Shown piece by piece: positions 62,366 through 64,000 of a stretch of 64,000 nucleotides of DNA. Source of the stretch: Octopus sinensis. Lineage: Eukaryota. Where the stretch lies: NCBI RefSeq assembly GCF_006345805.1, contig NC_043022.1, positions 17,174,001-17,238,000 of the forward strand. The letters are read 5' to 3'. The notes under the pieces were generated by a model that searched no databases, was not told the DNA's origin, and saw nothing but the letters and a program-made list of their open reading frames with translations. Both the position numbers and the translations under genes were made by a program. Position 1 is the stretch's first letter; every line of letters begins with the position of its first letter.

Positions 62366-63199
62366 AACAGACATGTGAATGTGTCTGTGTATATTTACAA
62401 ATATGTGTAAAACGTGTGAGTGTGAGCGTATCTGCTGAATTCTCTCCTAATGTGCAGTCATCTGTAACTGATGATGGAATCTGCTACACAGCAGGGTGTG
62501 TGATAACAGATGTCTGCCACTAATAGGACATTAAATGACACTCACTCACCAACACACGTGTGTGTGTGTGTGTGCTTATGTCTATATATGTGTTCATGTC
62601 TACGAGTGGATAGCCATCCTTCTTAATTTTAACTTTCTTTGACAGTTTTCTTTTCCCTATCCTTTATGATTTTAATTTATGTTATATATTGAATGTCAAC
62701 TATAACCAATCTCATTTGCGAGTTACAATCATTCTACCCTCTGTGAGTGTACCCACATACAACGAGCGAGAACAATGTGTCAGTCTATCTGGTGGGACAG
62801 CTATTTCTACACAAAGCACCTGAAGTGACTCGGCCTGCACCGATCGATGCAACGCAACTAGATGCACAATATCCTACCCCTAAGGGACAGCTGCAGGATG
62901 GGTCGAAATGATTGCCGCATTAAATAAAGATTCATACTAAATCCATTTTCTCAACAAACTCTGCAGGTTTCTTGATATAAATCCAATGAAAATTACATTG
63001 TAACTGTGGACGACATCAGCTAGCCCAAACGGTGAATGTGCTTTAAACATACTATTAGGCATATACCCAAAGTCAAATAATTACTTTTATATATATGTAT
63101 ATATGTGCATAGGAGTGGCTGTGTGGTAAGAAGCTTGCTTCTGGTATAGCGTTTGTCAGTTGGATTGTGGATTCTGAGTGCAACACATGTTTTTTGGTT

Positions 63200-64000
63200 G
63201 TGTTGGCAGTGCAACGTTTTTCCTCTTGTTTAATGGAGGGGCGTTGGGTGAGGAGCTGTGAAGGCTTGAATTGTGCAGACTTTGTGTTGTCTGAGGAAGA
63301 GATAGTGGAGTGTTTGAAAAGAATTGATGAGAAAATGGGAGCAAAAAATGATGCTGCAGTGGCAAAAAAAGAAAAATTGAAGATGTGAGTTTGGAAGAAT
63401 TAAGTAAATTTTCAAAAATGCTTAAAAGTGAAGGTTTTCTCTCCCAAAGAAGTTCTAAAGGAGAAACAAGAAAGAACAATTATTTACAGGACATGTAGCA
63501 GCAAAAAGAATTGAAGTCCTGTTGATGGTGCAAGTTGAAAAGGAACTTAGATCAATGTGGCAAGGGATTTCCTACTTTGCCAGAGGAAAAAAGTTTGGAA
63601 CGGTGGAGGTAGTGAGTGCCAGACTGCACTCAGCAACACCGCTGAGAACTGATGAAGTGGTACTTCTACCCATATACCTAGGGAGGCGTGCTTCCAGTAT
63701 TAGGGTAGACTGGTAGCTGCCATACTGCTAGGCATGGAGGAGAAGGTGGTGGTGGTTCTGCCGGCCACCAGGACACCCCACAGGAACTGGCAAGTTGCAG
63801 CGGAAGAGATTGAAAATATGGTTGAGACCATCACGGTCGGACAGGCAATACTCAGAGTTAGAGTGGAAGGAAGGATCCTGCGGTGCTATAAATGTGGCCT
63901 GAAAAGTCACATTAGAGCAGATTTCCTTTAACACTCTTGAAGGATAAAGAAAAACAAGAGAATGAAAGGGAAACTGAGACTTCACCACCCATGGGAACCA
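63200..64000 (+). mobile_element. L1/Tx1-like ORF1 remnant related to the 29 kb element
   Basis: RVRVEGRILRCYKCGLKSHIRAD degenerate knuckle preceded by a K/E-rich segment. Confidence 0.55.

Overview
AT-rich, microsatellite- and transposon-dense eukaryotic DNA. The SINE, CR1, RTE and mariner content and the (CTAT)n/(TA)n load suggest an octopod cephalopod genome (inference, not verified). The key locus is a tandem cluster of three + strand paralogues with intronless coding regions: ATGs at 31410, 37853 and 52920. Each encodes an N-terminal CARD followed by 2, 12 or 3 copies of a ~174-aa alpha/beta module. By eye the module aligns to a condensed caspase p20-linker-p10 domain lacking the catalytic His/Cys dyad, so these are candidate CARD-poly-pseudocaspases. 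The middle gene carries nine extra near-identical 522-bp units and one 1-bp frameshift near 41250. Once repaired, its CDS minus 9x522 bp equals the length of the third gene exactly (1827 bp). The window also holds exons of a divergent SF2/DEAD-box-like gene (1-5.9 kb), a large exon encoding an uncharacterised Cys/His-rich protein (24.8-25.5 kb), an orphan duplicate of the cluster's upstream block, about ten fold-back/MITE hairpins, and decayed Helitron, Penelope, RTE, CR1, L1/Tx1-like, hAT and Tc1/mariner elements. All family assignments come from motif recognition by eye; no searches were run.
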